Shown here piece by piece: positions 9,758 through 18,688 of a DNA stretch of 64,000 nucleotides. Every line of letters starts with the position of its first letter. Positions within the stretch are counted from its first letter, which is position 1. The stretch is from contig JBJHCF010000009.1 of the NCBI GenBank assembly GCA_050506795.1, forward strand, positions 32,001-96,000. Reading direction: 5' to 3'. The DNA is from Opitutia bacterium (GTDB taxonomy: Bacteria; Verrucomicrobiota; Verrucomicrobiia; Opitutales; T3Sed10-336). The notes under the pieces are model-generated. The model did not search any database and had not been told where the DNA came from. It was given only the letters and a program-made list of their open reading frames with translations. A program made the position numbers and the translations under genes.

Positions 9758-10581
9758 ACGAAAAGGCCATGCGCTGGCAATTACTGCTGCCGACCGTATT
9801 CGCGCTGTGGCTGACGTGCTTGAGCGCGCCGGCGGCGTACGACGCCTTTCTCAAAATCGACGGCATTGACGGCGGATCGGAAGTCGACGGCCGCGAGGGA
9901 TGGATTGACCTGTTTTCGGTTGCCCAGGGAATGAGCCGATCCATGAGCCTCGTTGCCAGGGACGGCGCTTCCAAACCGGAATTTGACGAGTTATGGCTCG
10001 CAAAACCGGTGGACAAAGCCACTCCACTGCTGATCGAGGCCTGCGCCGCAGGTAAACATTATCCCGAAGCCATACTCGATCTTGTCCGCGCGGATTCCGC
10101 CGCCACCCGTTTCTTCCGGGTACGGCTGGAAGACGTTTTTATCTCCCGGACGGAGATTCAGGGAAACGCATCCGATGGCCACACCCTGGAAAGCATCGGG
10201 CTGACCTATGGCTACCTGGAATGGTCCTATGTGGAATTCGATCTCACGGGCCAGGAAGTCGCGGAGCACCTGGCCTACTGGAATCTCCTGGAGAACCTGG
10301 GCGGCAGCTCGGTCATTCCCGCAAACGGCGGCAGTCCCACCGATCCGCATGATGGGTTCCGCCGCGGGGTCGCCTTTAACCTGTCGGGCCAGACCGGCGC
10401 CGGCACTTTGAGCTGGACCAGCGAAAGCGGCAAAACCTACGGAATCTACTACAGCCCCGACCTGAACGAACCGTTCGACACATTGGTGAAGACCGTACCC
10501 TCCGAAGGCGATGACACCACCTCCACAACGGTCGATCTGGTCGGCAGCCGGGGATTCTTCATCATTCGGGAAATCGATTAA
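9754..10581 (+). CDS. Second Hcp-domain protein with signal peptide and extra C-terminal domain
   Basis: AYDAFLKIDGIDG, GWID, KPVDKATPLL, RLEDVFIS, ESIGLTYGYLEWSY and YWN. Leader ends A-P-A; an extension of about 80 aa ends GFFIIREID. ATGA overlap with the upstream hcp. Confidence 0.85.
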   Translation: MNEKAMRWQLLLPTVFALWLTCLSAPAAYDAFLKIDGIDGGSEVDGREGWIDLFSVAQGMSRSMSLVARDGASKPEFDELWLAKPVDKATPLLIEACAAGKHYPEAILDLVRADSAATRFFRVRLEDVFISRTEIQGNASDGHTLESIGLTYGYLEWSYVEFDLTGQEVAEHLAYWNLLENLGGSSVIPANGGSPTDPHDGFRRGVAFNLSGQTGAGTLSWTSESGKTYGIYYSPDLNEPFDTLVKTVPSEGDDTTSTTVDLVGSRGFFIIREID

Positions 10582-10630
10582 CCGAACACGATCAGCTTAG
10601 CCATATCGAATTCCCAACGGCTCTTCACCC

Positions 10631-10742
10631 GGAGGGCCATGCTCCCGTACGACCGGATTCGCCGGGAACGCGGGCATCCTGCCCGCACCGGCGGCGCGGG
10701 AGCGCCGCCCTCCACGCTGGAGGCCATGCTCCTGCCTGGCCG
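10631..10742. repeat. REP/REPIN-like palindromic element, same family as the group II intron target
   Basis: 10664-10712 is 48/49 identical to the reverse complement of 25638-25686. It contains the hairpins GCGGGCA-TCC-TGCCCGC and GGCGGCGC-GGGA-GCGCCGCC, and GGAGGGCCATGCTCC-type arms. Confidence 0.8.
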
Positions 10743-10849
10743 TAATCGTCCAGGACGGACGTCGTGACCCGTTCCCTTCGCCCCCCAACGGGCCCCCTCC
10801 GGAACGACCGCTTTCACAGATCAACCCGATATCCAGTCGGGAATTGAAG

Positions 10850-11932
10850 TCATTCCTGGATGTTCTCCAAGGCGAAGCACGCCGCCATATCCGAGGCCAG
10901 GCCGGCGACATCGTCGGGAGAGGTATCCCATGAGCACATGAAGCGGCAAAGCCCCGGTCCGTCCTCGCCGCCGCGGCCGATGAAATCGTAAAACCCCCAG
11001 CCTTTCGCACGCAGCGCGGCAGCGGTTTCGGCGGGAAGGTGCAGGAATACGGCGTTGGCCTGAACCGGGAAGGCCGGTGCAAGACCCGGAATTTCGGAAA
11101 TCCCTCGGGCCAGTTCCGCTGCCATTGCGTTGGCGTGCGCGGCGTGTCGCAGCCAGGCGCCGTTTTCCAAAATTCCCGCCCAGGGGGCGGCGAGGTAACG
11201 CATTTTGGATGCGAGTTGTCCGGCCTGCTTGCAGCGGTAATCGAACTCCCGGGCCAAATCCTTGCGGAAAAACACCACCGCCTCCCCCACCGCGAGACCG
11301 TTCTTGGCGCCGCCGAGACAGAGAACATCCACCCCGGCCTCCCAGGTGATCTCTCTGGGCGCCGCGCCCAGCGCCGCGATCGCATTGGCGAATCGGGCGC
11401 CGTCCATGTGCAGGCGCAGATCGAATTTCCGGCAGAGCTCGGCAATGGCCTGCAGTTCTTCCGGAGAATAGATCGTTCCCAGTTCGGTGGGCTGGGTGAC
11501 GCTGACCACGCGCGGTTTTGGATAATGGATGTCGGTACGGCGCCGCACCATGCGTTCGATGGCCGGAGGGAAGATGCGCCCGTTTTTTCCGGGAAGCAGA
11601 AGGAGCTTGGTGCCGTTGGTGAAAAATTCCGGCGCTCCGCATTCATCCGTTTCAATGTGCGCGGCGTCGTGACAGAGCACGCTGTGATAGGAGCGGCACA
11701 TGGAGGCGAGCGAAAGTGAATTGGCCGCCGTACCGTTGAAGGTGAAGAAGACATCGCAGTCGGTTTCAAAAACCTCGCGGATCAGGTCGGTGGCCTTTTG
11801 CGTCCACCGGTCATCTCCGTACCCGGGGACAAAACCCCGGTTGGCTCGCTCCATGGCCTCCCATGCCTCCGGGCAAATCCCCGCGCAATTGTCGCTGGCA
11901 AAGGTGTAACGGGTTGAATCGGATGCAGGCAT
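10850..11932 (-). CDS. ltaE: Low-specificity L-threonine aldolase (PLP-dependent)
   Basis: FASDN, GYGDD, FNGTAAN, DECGAPEF, HMDGARFANA, GGAKNG and KQAGQLASKMRY. Start placed at ATG 11932. Confidence 0.9.
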   Translation of the reverse strand: MPASDSTRYTFASDNCAGICPEAWEAMERANRGFVPGYGDDRWTQKATDLIREVFETDCDVFFTFNGTAANSLSLASMCRSYHSVLCHDAAHIETDECGAPEFFTNGTKLLLLPGKNGRIFPPAIERMVRRRTDIHYPKPRVVSVTQPTELGTIYSPEELQAIAELCRKFDLRLHMDGARFANAIAALGAAPREITWEAGVDVLCLGGAKNGLAVGEAVVFFRKDLAREFDYRCKQAGQLASKMRYLAAPWAGILENGAWLRHAAHANAMAAELARGISEIPGLAPAFPVQANAVFLHLPAETAAALRAKGWGFYDFIGRGGEDGPGLCRFMCSWDTSPDDVAGLASDMAACFALENIQE

Positions 11933-12276
11933 AGCAGCAATAAAAGCACTATCTCTGATGGGATTGCGGCTGACGTGCAAGCGTTTATGCCAACGACGGC
12001 GTTTCACCGCGTCCGACCGCCAACGGGTGCACACGATTGAACAGAAGCCGCGTAGCGTTCCACCGGAAATCGGCGGATAATGAGCGCTAATAAGAAAAGT
12101 TCCATCCGCGCGCATCACACCATCCGCACAACCACGTTTTTCCGGCATTATCCAACCTTCTCTCAGGCAGTTTCCACCTTCAGAGATCCCCCGATAACCT
12201 CGGTGGAATCCCGCCGCGATTTCTTATGGCTTACTATTGCTCTCGGGTGCAAACGCGTCTAGCGTTCATCGACGCG

Positions 12277-13170
12277 ATGGAGCGACGGCAGAAACTCTTT
12301 TTGGAGAAGCTCACGGCTTCCCGTATTTTTCAGGATTATAAACAGGCGTTTGAGTCGGGCACGGGGTTGCCGCTGGCGGTCACGTCCTCGCAATCCTGGG
12401 GTCTGCCCCACCGATTCGGGGAGAAGGAAAACCCGTTCTGCTCCCTCATGGCAAAGTCCAGCAAATCCTGCGCCGCCTGTCTGGAGGTGCAAAAACGTCT
12501 TTCGGACGAGTCGGAGCACGGCCCGGTGACCCTGACCTGCTTTGCCGGACTCTGTGATTCGGCGGTGCCCATCCGCATGGGTGAGGACCTGATCGGACTG
12601 CTGCAGACGGGGCAGGTATTGGTCGAAGCTCCCGACGACGCCGGATTCAACCGCATCACCCGCACCCTCATCCAATGGGGCATCGATGCCGACTTGAAAG
12701 ATCTGCGCGAAGCCTATTTCGCCACTCGCGTGCTCGAACCGGAACAGTATCGGTCGTTCGTGAACATGTTGCACATTTTCGCCGAACACCTGGCCCTGGT
12801 GGGGCACCAACTCGAGATTGCCGCAGAAAGCCGCGAAAGTCCGGTCATGCGCCGCGCAAGGGTCATTATCGAGGAAAAGCAGGCCGATGACATCACCTCG
12901 CGTGACGTGGCCAGGATGTTGAATACCAGCACCTTTTACTTCTGCAAACTGTTCAAAAAGGCCACCGGTCTGACCTTTACCGAATACCTGACCCGGGTAA
13001 GGGTGGAAAAGGCGAAGAATTTTCTGCTCAATCCCCATCTGCGCGTGAGCGAAATCGCCTACCAAGTGGGCTTCCGCTCATTATCCCAATTCAATCGCTC
13101 GTTTCGCAACCTCGTGGGCCAGACGCCTTCCGAGTACCGGGATGCGCGCGGGGTGTCGCCTTCGACCTGA
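12277..13170 (+). CDS. AraC family transcriptional regulator with PocR-type ligand-binding domain
   Basis: NPFC...C...TCFAGL...VPI...GQV PocR pattern, plus a C-terminal double HTH (YFCKLFKKATG and EIAYQVGFRSLSQFNRSF). Confidence 0.9.
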   Translation: MERRQKLFLEKLTASRIFQDYKQAFESGTGLPLAVTSSQSWGLPHRFGEKENPFCSLMAKSSKSCAACLEVQKRLSDESEHGPVTLTCFAGLCDSAVPIRMGEDLIGLLQTGQVLVEAPDDAGFNRITRTLIQWGIDADLKDLREAYFATRVLEPEQYRSFVNMLHIFAEHLALVGHQLEIAAESRESPVMRRARVIIEEKQADDITSRDVARMLNTSTFYFCKLFKKATGLTFTEYLTRVRVEKAKNFLLNPHLRVSEIAYQVGFRSLSQFNRSFRNLVGQTPSEYRDARGVSPST

Positions 13171-14932
13171 CCGGCAACCTTCCATGTCGCCGGATCGCCC
13201 ATTCCACCGGTGAAACGGCGTGGTCGCCGTTGGCTCGCATCGCCTCCACGTCCTCGATCGCCTCAAAAAGCCGGCGGCAGGCCACCGGGTAGGAAACGCC
13301 GGTCAGATCCGCGATCAAGCGAGTCCCGCGGTCGATCAACTTCTTGTTTCCCGGCGCCACACAGGTCATCCAATTGCCGGTCACACGTCCCATTAAGGCC
13401 ATGGTGGCGGTTGAAACGGCATTCAGGCAGAGTTTGAGCACCACCCGCTCCCAGAGGTCCAAAAACGAAGCGGCCCCCGGGCAATCGATCACCAGGTGAG
13501 GCTCCCCGGGGAAAACGGACGCTGGCCCGGCAAAATTCACCACCGCCGTCCGGGCGAAGGGTTTCTTCAAACGCCGAAAAGCCTCGTTCGTGGTCGAGGA
13601 AGCCGGAGAACCCGTCTGCAGCGCAATCAAGGCGTCTTTTCCCCTGTCGTACCGCGAAGGATCGTCCTCCGCGCCGATGCGAAACCGGAACAATTCGTCC
13701 CGACCCAGCTTCGAAGGGTGACGGACCAAGGCTTCCGGAGCGCCCAATTCGGCATAAACGGTGGAACCCCACTCCAGGCAACGCGGTTCGCGCCCCAGGA
13801 GGTCCCGCCAGGCTTCCTCCGTCGAAAGGGCCGGATGCTTGAGAAAGGCCCAGGAATCCGGCGCGGTGGGGTCGTCGTACTTGCGAAAAGGCGGCAAACT
13901 GAAGGTGGGCGACCTTTCGGTGGTGTCCGTAAGAATATCCAGCAGATAGTCGAACGCGGCATAAGTCACCCGGGCGCCACCGGAGTAAACGTCATGCTCT
14001 AGCTCCGTCCAGCCGGCCAGGGCGGCCAGGTTTTCCGGCGTCCGCAGGCGATCGAGCACCCCTTGGAATCGACCGGGGAGATTTTCAGGTTCCGGGACCG
14101 CAGGGTCCAGGCTGGCGCGGACCTTCGCCGGCAGCGAGGCCTCCAGAAAACGATGCAGGCCTATCTCCAGAGCGGTTCCAACCACCAGGAGCTCCGCCGT
14201 CGTCGCCTGCATCCGGGTGGATCCGGCGATGGCCATCGGTCCCGTGGCAAGGTCGAGCCGGGTGATGCGGTTGTCCTCCAGAACCTCCCGGGAACGTTCC
14301 ACCGTGGCCGCCAGTACCGACGCCGGGTTGTTGAAAACAAAAAACACCTCGGCGCCGAGAGTCACCCCTTCCCAGGCCGTTCCGATCACAAACGAAGTCT
14401 CGCCGCCCTCAGTGATCGCAACCACCACGTCGCCCTCCCCCACGCCGCTCTCACGGAGCTGGTGCCGACCGAAACCGGCGAAGTCTTCGAACCCTTCCAC
14501 CGAACGGATCAGCGCGTAGTCCCCGCCGGCCATAATGCTGCGGGTCAGGTCCTCCCGGTCGGGTACCGAATCGGCCAGACCGTGCCGCAAACGCCGCCAG
14601 GCTTTCCGCCAGGCAGCATCGAGCAGGATACTCAGTCTTCCGGTAGCGCCGCACCCGGTAAAAACAATTCGCTTGTTCTCGGATATCGCCCGGGTAAACG
14701 CCTTGACCAAGGCTTGGAACGGCGCGCCGCACATCACCCGGCGCAGCATCGGCACGAGGTCCAGGTCCACGGAAAGCAGGAGATCGATTCCCTCGGCGGT
14801 ATCGGCCGCCAACACCCGGTCCAGGTTCGCGGTAAGCGGATGTGACTGCTCCGTGGGCAATGCGCCCAGATGAAACTCGGTCTCCCTCGCGATAAAATGG
14901 TCCGCCTTCTCCCGGGCTCCCGGATTGCTCAT
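13091..14932 (-). CDS. MurQ/glucokinase-regulatory-protein-like SIS-domain protein (long form)
   Basis: TEQSHP, GCGATGRL, SVEGFED, GPMAIAGSTRMQA and KLCLNAVST...GNWM...NKKLIDRG are MurQ-like blocks, separated by a large insertion. Confidence 0.75.
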   Translation of the reverse strand: MSNPGAREKADHFIARETEFHLGALPTEQSHPLTANLDRVLAADTAEGIDLLLSVDLDLVPMLRRVMCGAPFQALVKAFTRAISENKRIVFTGCGATGRLSILLDAAWRKAWRRLRHGLADSVPDREDLTRSIMAGGDYALIRSVEGFEDFAGFGRHQLRESGVGEGDVVVAITEGGETSFVIGTAWEGVTLGAEVFFVFNNPASVLAATVERSREVLEDNRITRLDLATGPMAIAGSTRMQATTAELLVVGTALEIGLHRFLEASLPAKVRASLDPAVPEPENLPGRFQGVLDRLRTPENLAALAGWTELEHDVYSGGARVTYAAFDYLLDILTDTTERSPTFSLPPFRKYDDPTAPDSWAFLKHPALSTEEAWRDLLGREPRCLEWGSTVYAELGAPEALVRHPSKLGRDELFRFRIGAEDDPSRYDRGKDALIALQTGSPASSTTNEAFRRLKKPFARTAVVNFAGPASVFPGEPHLVIDCPGAASFLDLWERVVLKLCLNAVSTATMALMGRVTGNWMTCVAPGNKKLIDRGTRLIADLTGVSYPVACRRLFEAIEDVEAMRANGDHAVSPVEWAIRRHGRLPVRSKATPRAHPGTRKASGPRGCETSD

Positions 14933-15138
14933 GGGATGACATTGTCTTTTCAGCGGCCGTTCTCGTCGATGGCAAAACGCGCCAGTTCAGCGGAACGGCC
15001 TCCAAGCCACCGCCGTTCCGCTTTTCTGCTTTACCGGAAAAACCCCTTTCACCTACACTCCAGCCGTCACGGAGGGCCGGTCGGGAGCTCACGGATCGAC
15101 TCCTCCACGCAACATTAAACCACTCATCCAAATTTGCC

Positions 15139-15711
15139 ATGAGAACCAAGCCTTCTTTCTTCCTTCGCACCCTGATCGCGGTTTCCCTGTTCTCGGGAAG
15201 CAGCCTGCTTTCGGCCGACATACCCGACCAGCAGATAAACGGTCCGGACGACAACGGTCCCGTATTCACCGCCAAGGGACGATCCGAGCTCGGCTTTCAT
15301 GCGAGTTATTCCATTCTCGATCCGGACGGTCAGAGCAGCGTGGATATTCTCAGCGGACACCTGGATTTTTCCTATTTCATCCTGGATAATTGGGCGCTCC
15401 GGCCACAGTACCAGGTCATCCGCTACGACAACGGCACTTCGCTCACCGCGCACGTGCTGGGATTGGGGGTCGATTTCCACATTCCCCATGAGAACATCGC
15501 CTTCTATTTCGGCGGCGCTCCCAGTGTCGGTTTTGTCAGCGCGGATGATTCGGACAGCGACACGGAGTTCCTGATGGAGCTCCGCGGCGGAATTAAACAC
15601 TACCTGTCCCAACGCCTGGCGCTGAACACACAAATCTCCTACTCGTTCGGCAGCGATTACTCGCTGACCCGGGCCACCATGGGATTATCCGTACTGTTCG
15701 GAGGAAACTAA
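15139..15711 (+). CDS. Outer-membrane beta-barrel protein
   Basis: Signal peptide, alternating amphipathic strands and a C-terminal GLSVLF. Confidence 0.7.
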   Translation: MRTKPSFFLRTLIAVSLFSGSSLLSADIPDQQINGPDDNGPVFTAKGRSELGFHASYSILDPDGQSSVDILSGHLDFSYFILDNWALRPQYQVIRYDNGTSLTAHVLGLGVDFHIPHENIAFYFGGAPSVGFVSADDSDSDTEFLMELRGGIKHYLSQRLALNTQISYSFGSDYSLTRATMGLSVLFGGN

Positions 15712-16703
15712 TCGCCCTCCAGGCCGAAGGTCGGTTCGAAATAACGCCAGGACACCGGTTCGCCGGTTTCGTCCAACTCAACCGCCACCGAAAACGGCGG
15801 CGGCTGATCGCTTGGCCGCAGCCTCTCCGCCCAGGGATGCAGGGTGCGAAAGCGCAGGTCCGAATACAAGACGGTTCGCTCTTCGTTCTCGCGCCCGATT
15901 TCCTCCATCGCCGCATAAACCGCGAACCACTCCCAGGTGGCGAAAAACGATTCCTCCGCGCCCCAGCGCCGCAATTCTTCCCGGTCGGCCCGCCGGTAGG
16001 TTTCAAACCGGCCCTCCGGGGCGGTTCGGAAGAGGTGAAAGGGTTCGACGAGGTATTCCTGTTCGGTCTCAACGATGAGTTTCCAGCGAAAGGGAGTCAG
16101 AAAATCGGGATCGAGATGGATCCGCTCAAAAACCAGCCCGTCGTCATCCAGCGCCGAGGAGATACGTGCCTCGAGAATGGTTTTCACTCCAAAATTCGTA
16201 AACGGGTAAATAAAGATAAACCCCAAGGCCACCAGCCCGTACCGCGGCTTGCGGTGGGACCCGACCAAAAGCGACCCCAGAAAAAGCGCCAGGACCGTAA
16301 CGGTGAGCAATGGATCAATGATGAAGACGCTGCCCAGGGCGTAACGATTGGTGGAGAACGGGGCCAACACCAGCGTTCCGTAGTTATTGATCCAATCGAG
16401 AAAAACGTGCAGGAGCACACAGGCATAGCCAAAAAGAAAGAGCTGGGGAAACCGCCAGGACCGGCGTCGAAAAATCCAGAATGCCCCGGCCACCACGGCC
16501 GCCACCACCAGCCCGCCGAAAAACGAATGGGTGAATGCCCGGTGGTGGAGCAGGTAAAATTCGGGATCAGAGCTGAGAAAGTTATCGATATCGGGCAGCC
16601 ACGCCGCGAGCATGCCGAAGGGCACGATCGCTTTGCCCGGAAAGCGGCGACGCACTGCCTGCCCCGCCAGCCCGCCGGCGACAATATGAGTGACTGGATC
16701 CAT
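15708..16703 (-). CDS. Membrane-bound metal-dependent hydrolase (YdjM-like)
   Basis: MDPVTH, LPDID, HHRAFTHS, HVFLDWINNYGT and FIIDP motifs. Confidence 0.85.
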   Translation of the reverse strand: MDPVTHIVAGGLAGQAVRRRFPGKAIVPFGMLAAWLPDIDNFLSSDPEFYLLHHRAFTHSFFGGLVVAAVVAGAFWIFRRRSWRFPQLFLFGYACVLLHVFLDWINNYGTLVLAPFSTNRYALGSVFIIDPLLTVTVLALFLGSLLVGSHRKPRYGLVALGFIFIYPFTNFGVKTILEARISSALDDDGLVFERIHLDPDFLTPFRWKLIVETEQEYLVEPFHLFRTAPEGRFETYRRADREELRRWGAEESFFATWEWFAVYAAMEEIGRENEERTVLYSDLRFRTLHPWAERLRPSDQPPPFSVAVELDETGEPVSWRYFEPTFGLEGD

Positions 16704-16879
16704 ATGCCCGGCATCCTAGTGTCCGAGGTCCCGATGCCCATTGCAAAATCCACCCCTGAACCGTGATGGCGCGGAAAAATTCGGGAAAAAAGTATTGAAA
16801 CTATGATCACATGTCCCTAGCCCTGATCTTCGGGGGCCGTCGACGCGGTCATTCCCGGATGTCACTCAAGGAAGCAACC

Positions 16880-17974
16880 ATGGCCAAAGAAACCACCAAC
16901 AGCAGAAAAAGCGCGAACGCTGCCGCGTCGGAACGGGAACAGAATCTCAATCTGGCGCTTTCCGCCATCACCAAACAATACGGTGAAGGCTCTATCATGC
17001 GCCTGGGAAGCAACCGAAGAATGGATGTTTCCGCGATTTCCACCGGATCGCTCGCCATTGACCTGTCTTTGGGCATCGGGGGCCTGCCCCGCGGTCGCGT
17101 CTCGGAAATCTACGGCCCGGAATCTTCGGGTAAAACCACCCTCGCCCTCAGCCTCATCGCCGAGGCCCAACGGCAGGGCGGGCTGGCGGCTTTTGTCGAT
17201 GTGGAACACGCCCTCGACCCCAAGTATGCCCGGGTGGTTGGCGTGAACCTCGACGACCTCCTTGTTTCCCAGCCCGACAGCGGCGAAGACGCTCTCAACA
17301 TCACCGAAAGCCTCATTCGCTCCAACGCCATCGACGTGGTCGTCATCGACTCCGTGGCCGCCCTCGTTTCAAAGGCGGAACTTGACGGGCAGATGGGCGA
17401 CGCCACAGTCGGCTCCCAGGCCCGTCTGATGAGCCAGGCCATGCGCCGTCTGACCGCGGTCATCAGCAAAACCCAGTGCGTCTGCCTCTTCACCAACCAG
17501 ATCCGGGAAAAAATCGGCGTCATGTTCGGCAGCCCCGAAACAACCCCCGGCGGCCGCGCCCTCAAGTTCTTTTCTTCCGTCCGCATGGACATCCGCCGCA
17601 TCGGTCAGATCAAGGATCCCGGCGGCAAGGTCATTGGCAACCGTACCCGCCTCAAGGTGGTGAAAAACAAGGTCGCCCCACCCTTCACCGAGTGTGAGTT
17701 CGATATCATGTACAACGAGGGCATCTCCACCACGGGATCACTCATCGACCTCGGCATCGAGCACAAGATCCTGGAAAAGAAGGGCGCCTGGATTTCCTAC
17801 AACGGCAATCTGATCGGCCAGGGTCGCGAGGCAGCCAAGCAGCACCTGATGGACAACCCGGAGGCGGGAAAAGAAATCCACGTCGCCGTAACCGAGAAAA
17901 TGAAGGAATCAGCCACCCCCGCCCGCAACGCCGCCAAGTCGTCGGCCGAAAAAGCCGAAACCAACGGCGAATAG
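16880..17974 (+). CDS. recA: Recombinase RecA
   Basis: [51 protein letters not shown] and [16 protein letters not shown] before ATG 16880. Confidence 0.98.
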   Translation: MAKETTNSRKSANAAASEREQNLNLALSAITKQYGEGSIMRLGSNRRMDVSAISTGSLAIDLSLGIGGLPRGRVSEIYGPESSGKTTLALSLIAEAQRQGGLAAFVDVEHALDPKYARVVGVNLDDLLVSQPDSGEDALNITESLIRSNAIDVVVIDSVAALVSKAELDGQMGDATVGSQARLMSQAMRRLTAVISKTQCVCLFTNQIREKIGVMFGSPETTPGGRALKFFSSVRMDIRRIGQIKDPGGKVIGNRTRLKVVKNKVAPPFTECEFDIMYNEGISTTGSLIDLGIEHKILEKKGAWISYNGNLIGQGREAAKQHLMDNPEAGKEIHVAVTEKMKESATPARNAAKSSAEKAETNGE

Positions 17975-17986
17975 CGGGGAGACTGG

Positions 17987-18646
17987 ATGAATTAGGAATT
18001 GAGAAGAGAGAATTATGAATGCTGTACTGGCAGCCAGGTGAACCGTTGATTTGTGTTAGTTATTACTAATAAGCAATTTGCAGAACACGCGATATAGGTC
18101 GTGGAAGTTCGATGAACGGAACCGAGGCTAACCACGAAGGACATGAAGGGGGACTGAAGGGCGAGGAGCTTTCCGTAGCGCCCAGCTTTAGCGGGCGATT
18201 TGTGAGGCGTGCGAACGGCCGGTACCGGTGAAGAAAACTCCGTCTAAAGCACGGAGCTACGGGTACCGGAATTCGTAGCGCCCAGCTTTAGCGGGCGTTT
18301 TGTGCGGTGTGTGGACGATGGTTCCCGGGAAGGGGTCTCCGGCTGAAGCACTGAGCTACGGGTACCGGAATTCGTAGCGCCCAGCTTTAGGCGGGCGTTT
18401 TGTGCGGTGTGCGAACGGCCGGTACCGGTGAAGAAAACTCCGGCTAAAGCACGGAGCTACGGGTGCCGGATTTCGTAGCGCCCAGCTTTAGCGGGCGAAC
18501 CGCCGCGTCGGTTTTGCAACTGTCGGCCGGAAGCGTCCGCACGCGTCCGACATAATGGGTAGCGCGACGGAGGAAGCGGACACACTACGGGGCTCTGGTC
18601 TCTCGGAATCATTGACTCTTCATTCATAATTCTTCATTCATACTTT
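17987..18646. repeat. Inverted pair of AT-rich heptamer-period arms bracketing the recA-mnmE spacer
   Basis: AGAATTATGAATG (18009-18021) and its exact reverse complement CATTCATAATTCT (18622-18634), each inside degenerate GAATTAG/GAATTGA-type tandem units. Confidence 0.55.
18175..18497. repeat. GTAG-family REP tandem array (BIME/REPIN-like), period about 100 bp
   Basis: GTAGCGCCCAGCTTTAGCGGGCG starts at 18175, 18275, 18374 and 18475, alternating with inverted CTCCGGCTAAAGCACGGAGCTAC-type units ending at 18260, 18359 and 18460. Confidence 0.85.
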
Positions 18647-18688
18647 GATTGATGGCCCGGCCATTCTCGTGTTGAAGAAGACCTGAGA

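Noticed and set aside
9197..10581. A type VI secretion system locus
   Set aside because: Only Hcp-fold genes are present. No sheath, baseplate, membrane complex, VgrG or PAAR gene is in the window, and the signal peptides do not fit canonical T6SS assembly.
16790..16830. LexA box in the recA/YdjM-like divergent promoter
   Set aside because: The best candidate, TGATCACATGTCCC, matches the TGTTC-N4-GAACA motif I recall for Verrucomicrobia too poorly to call.
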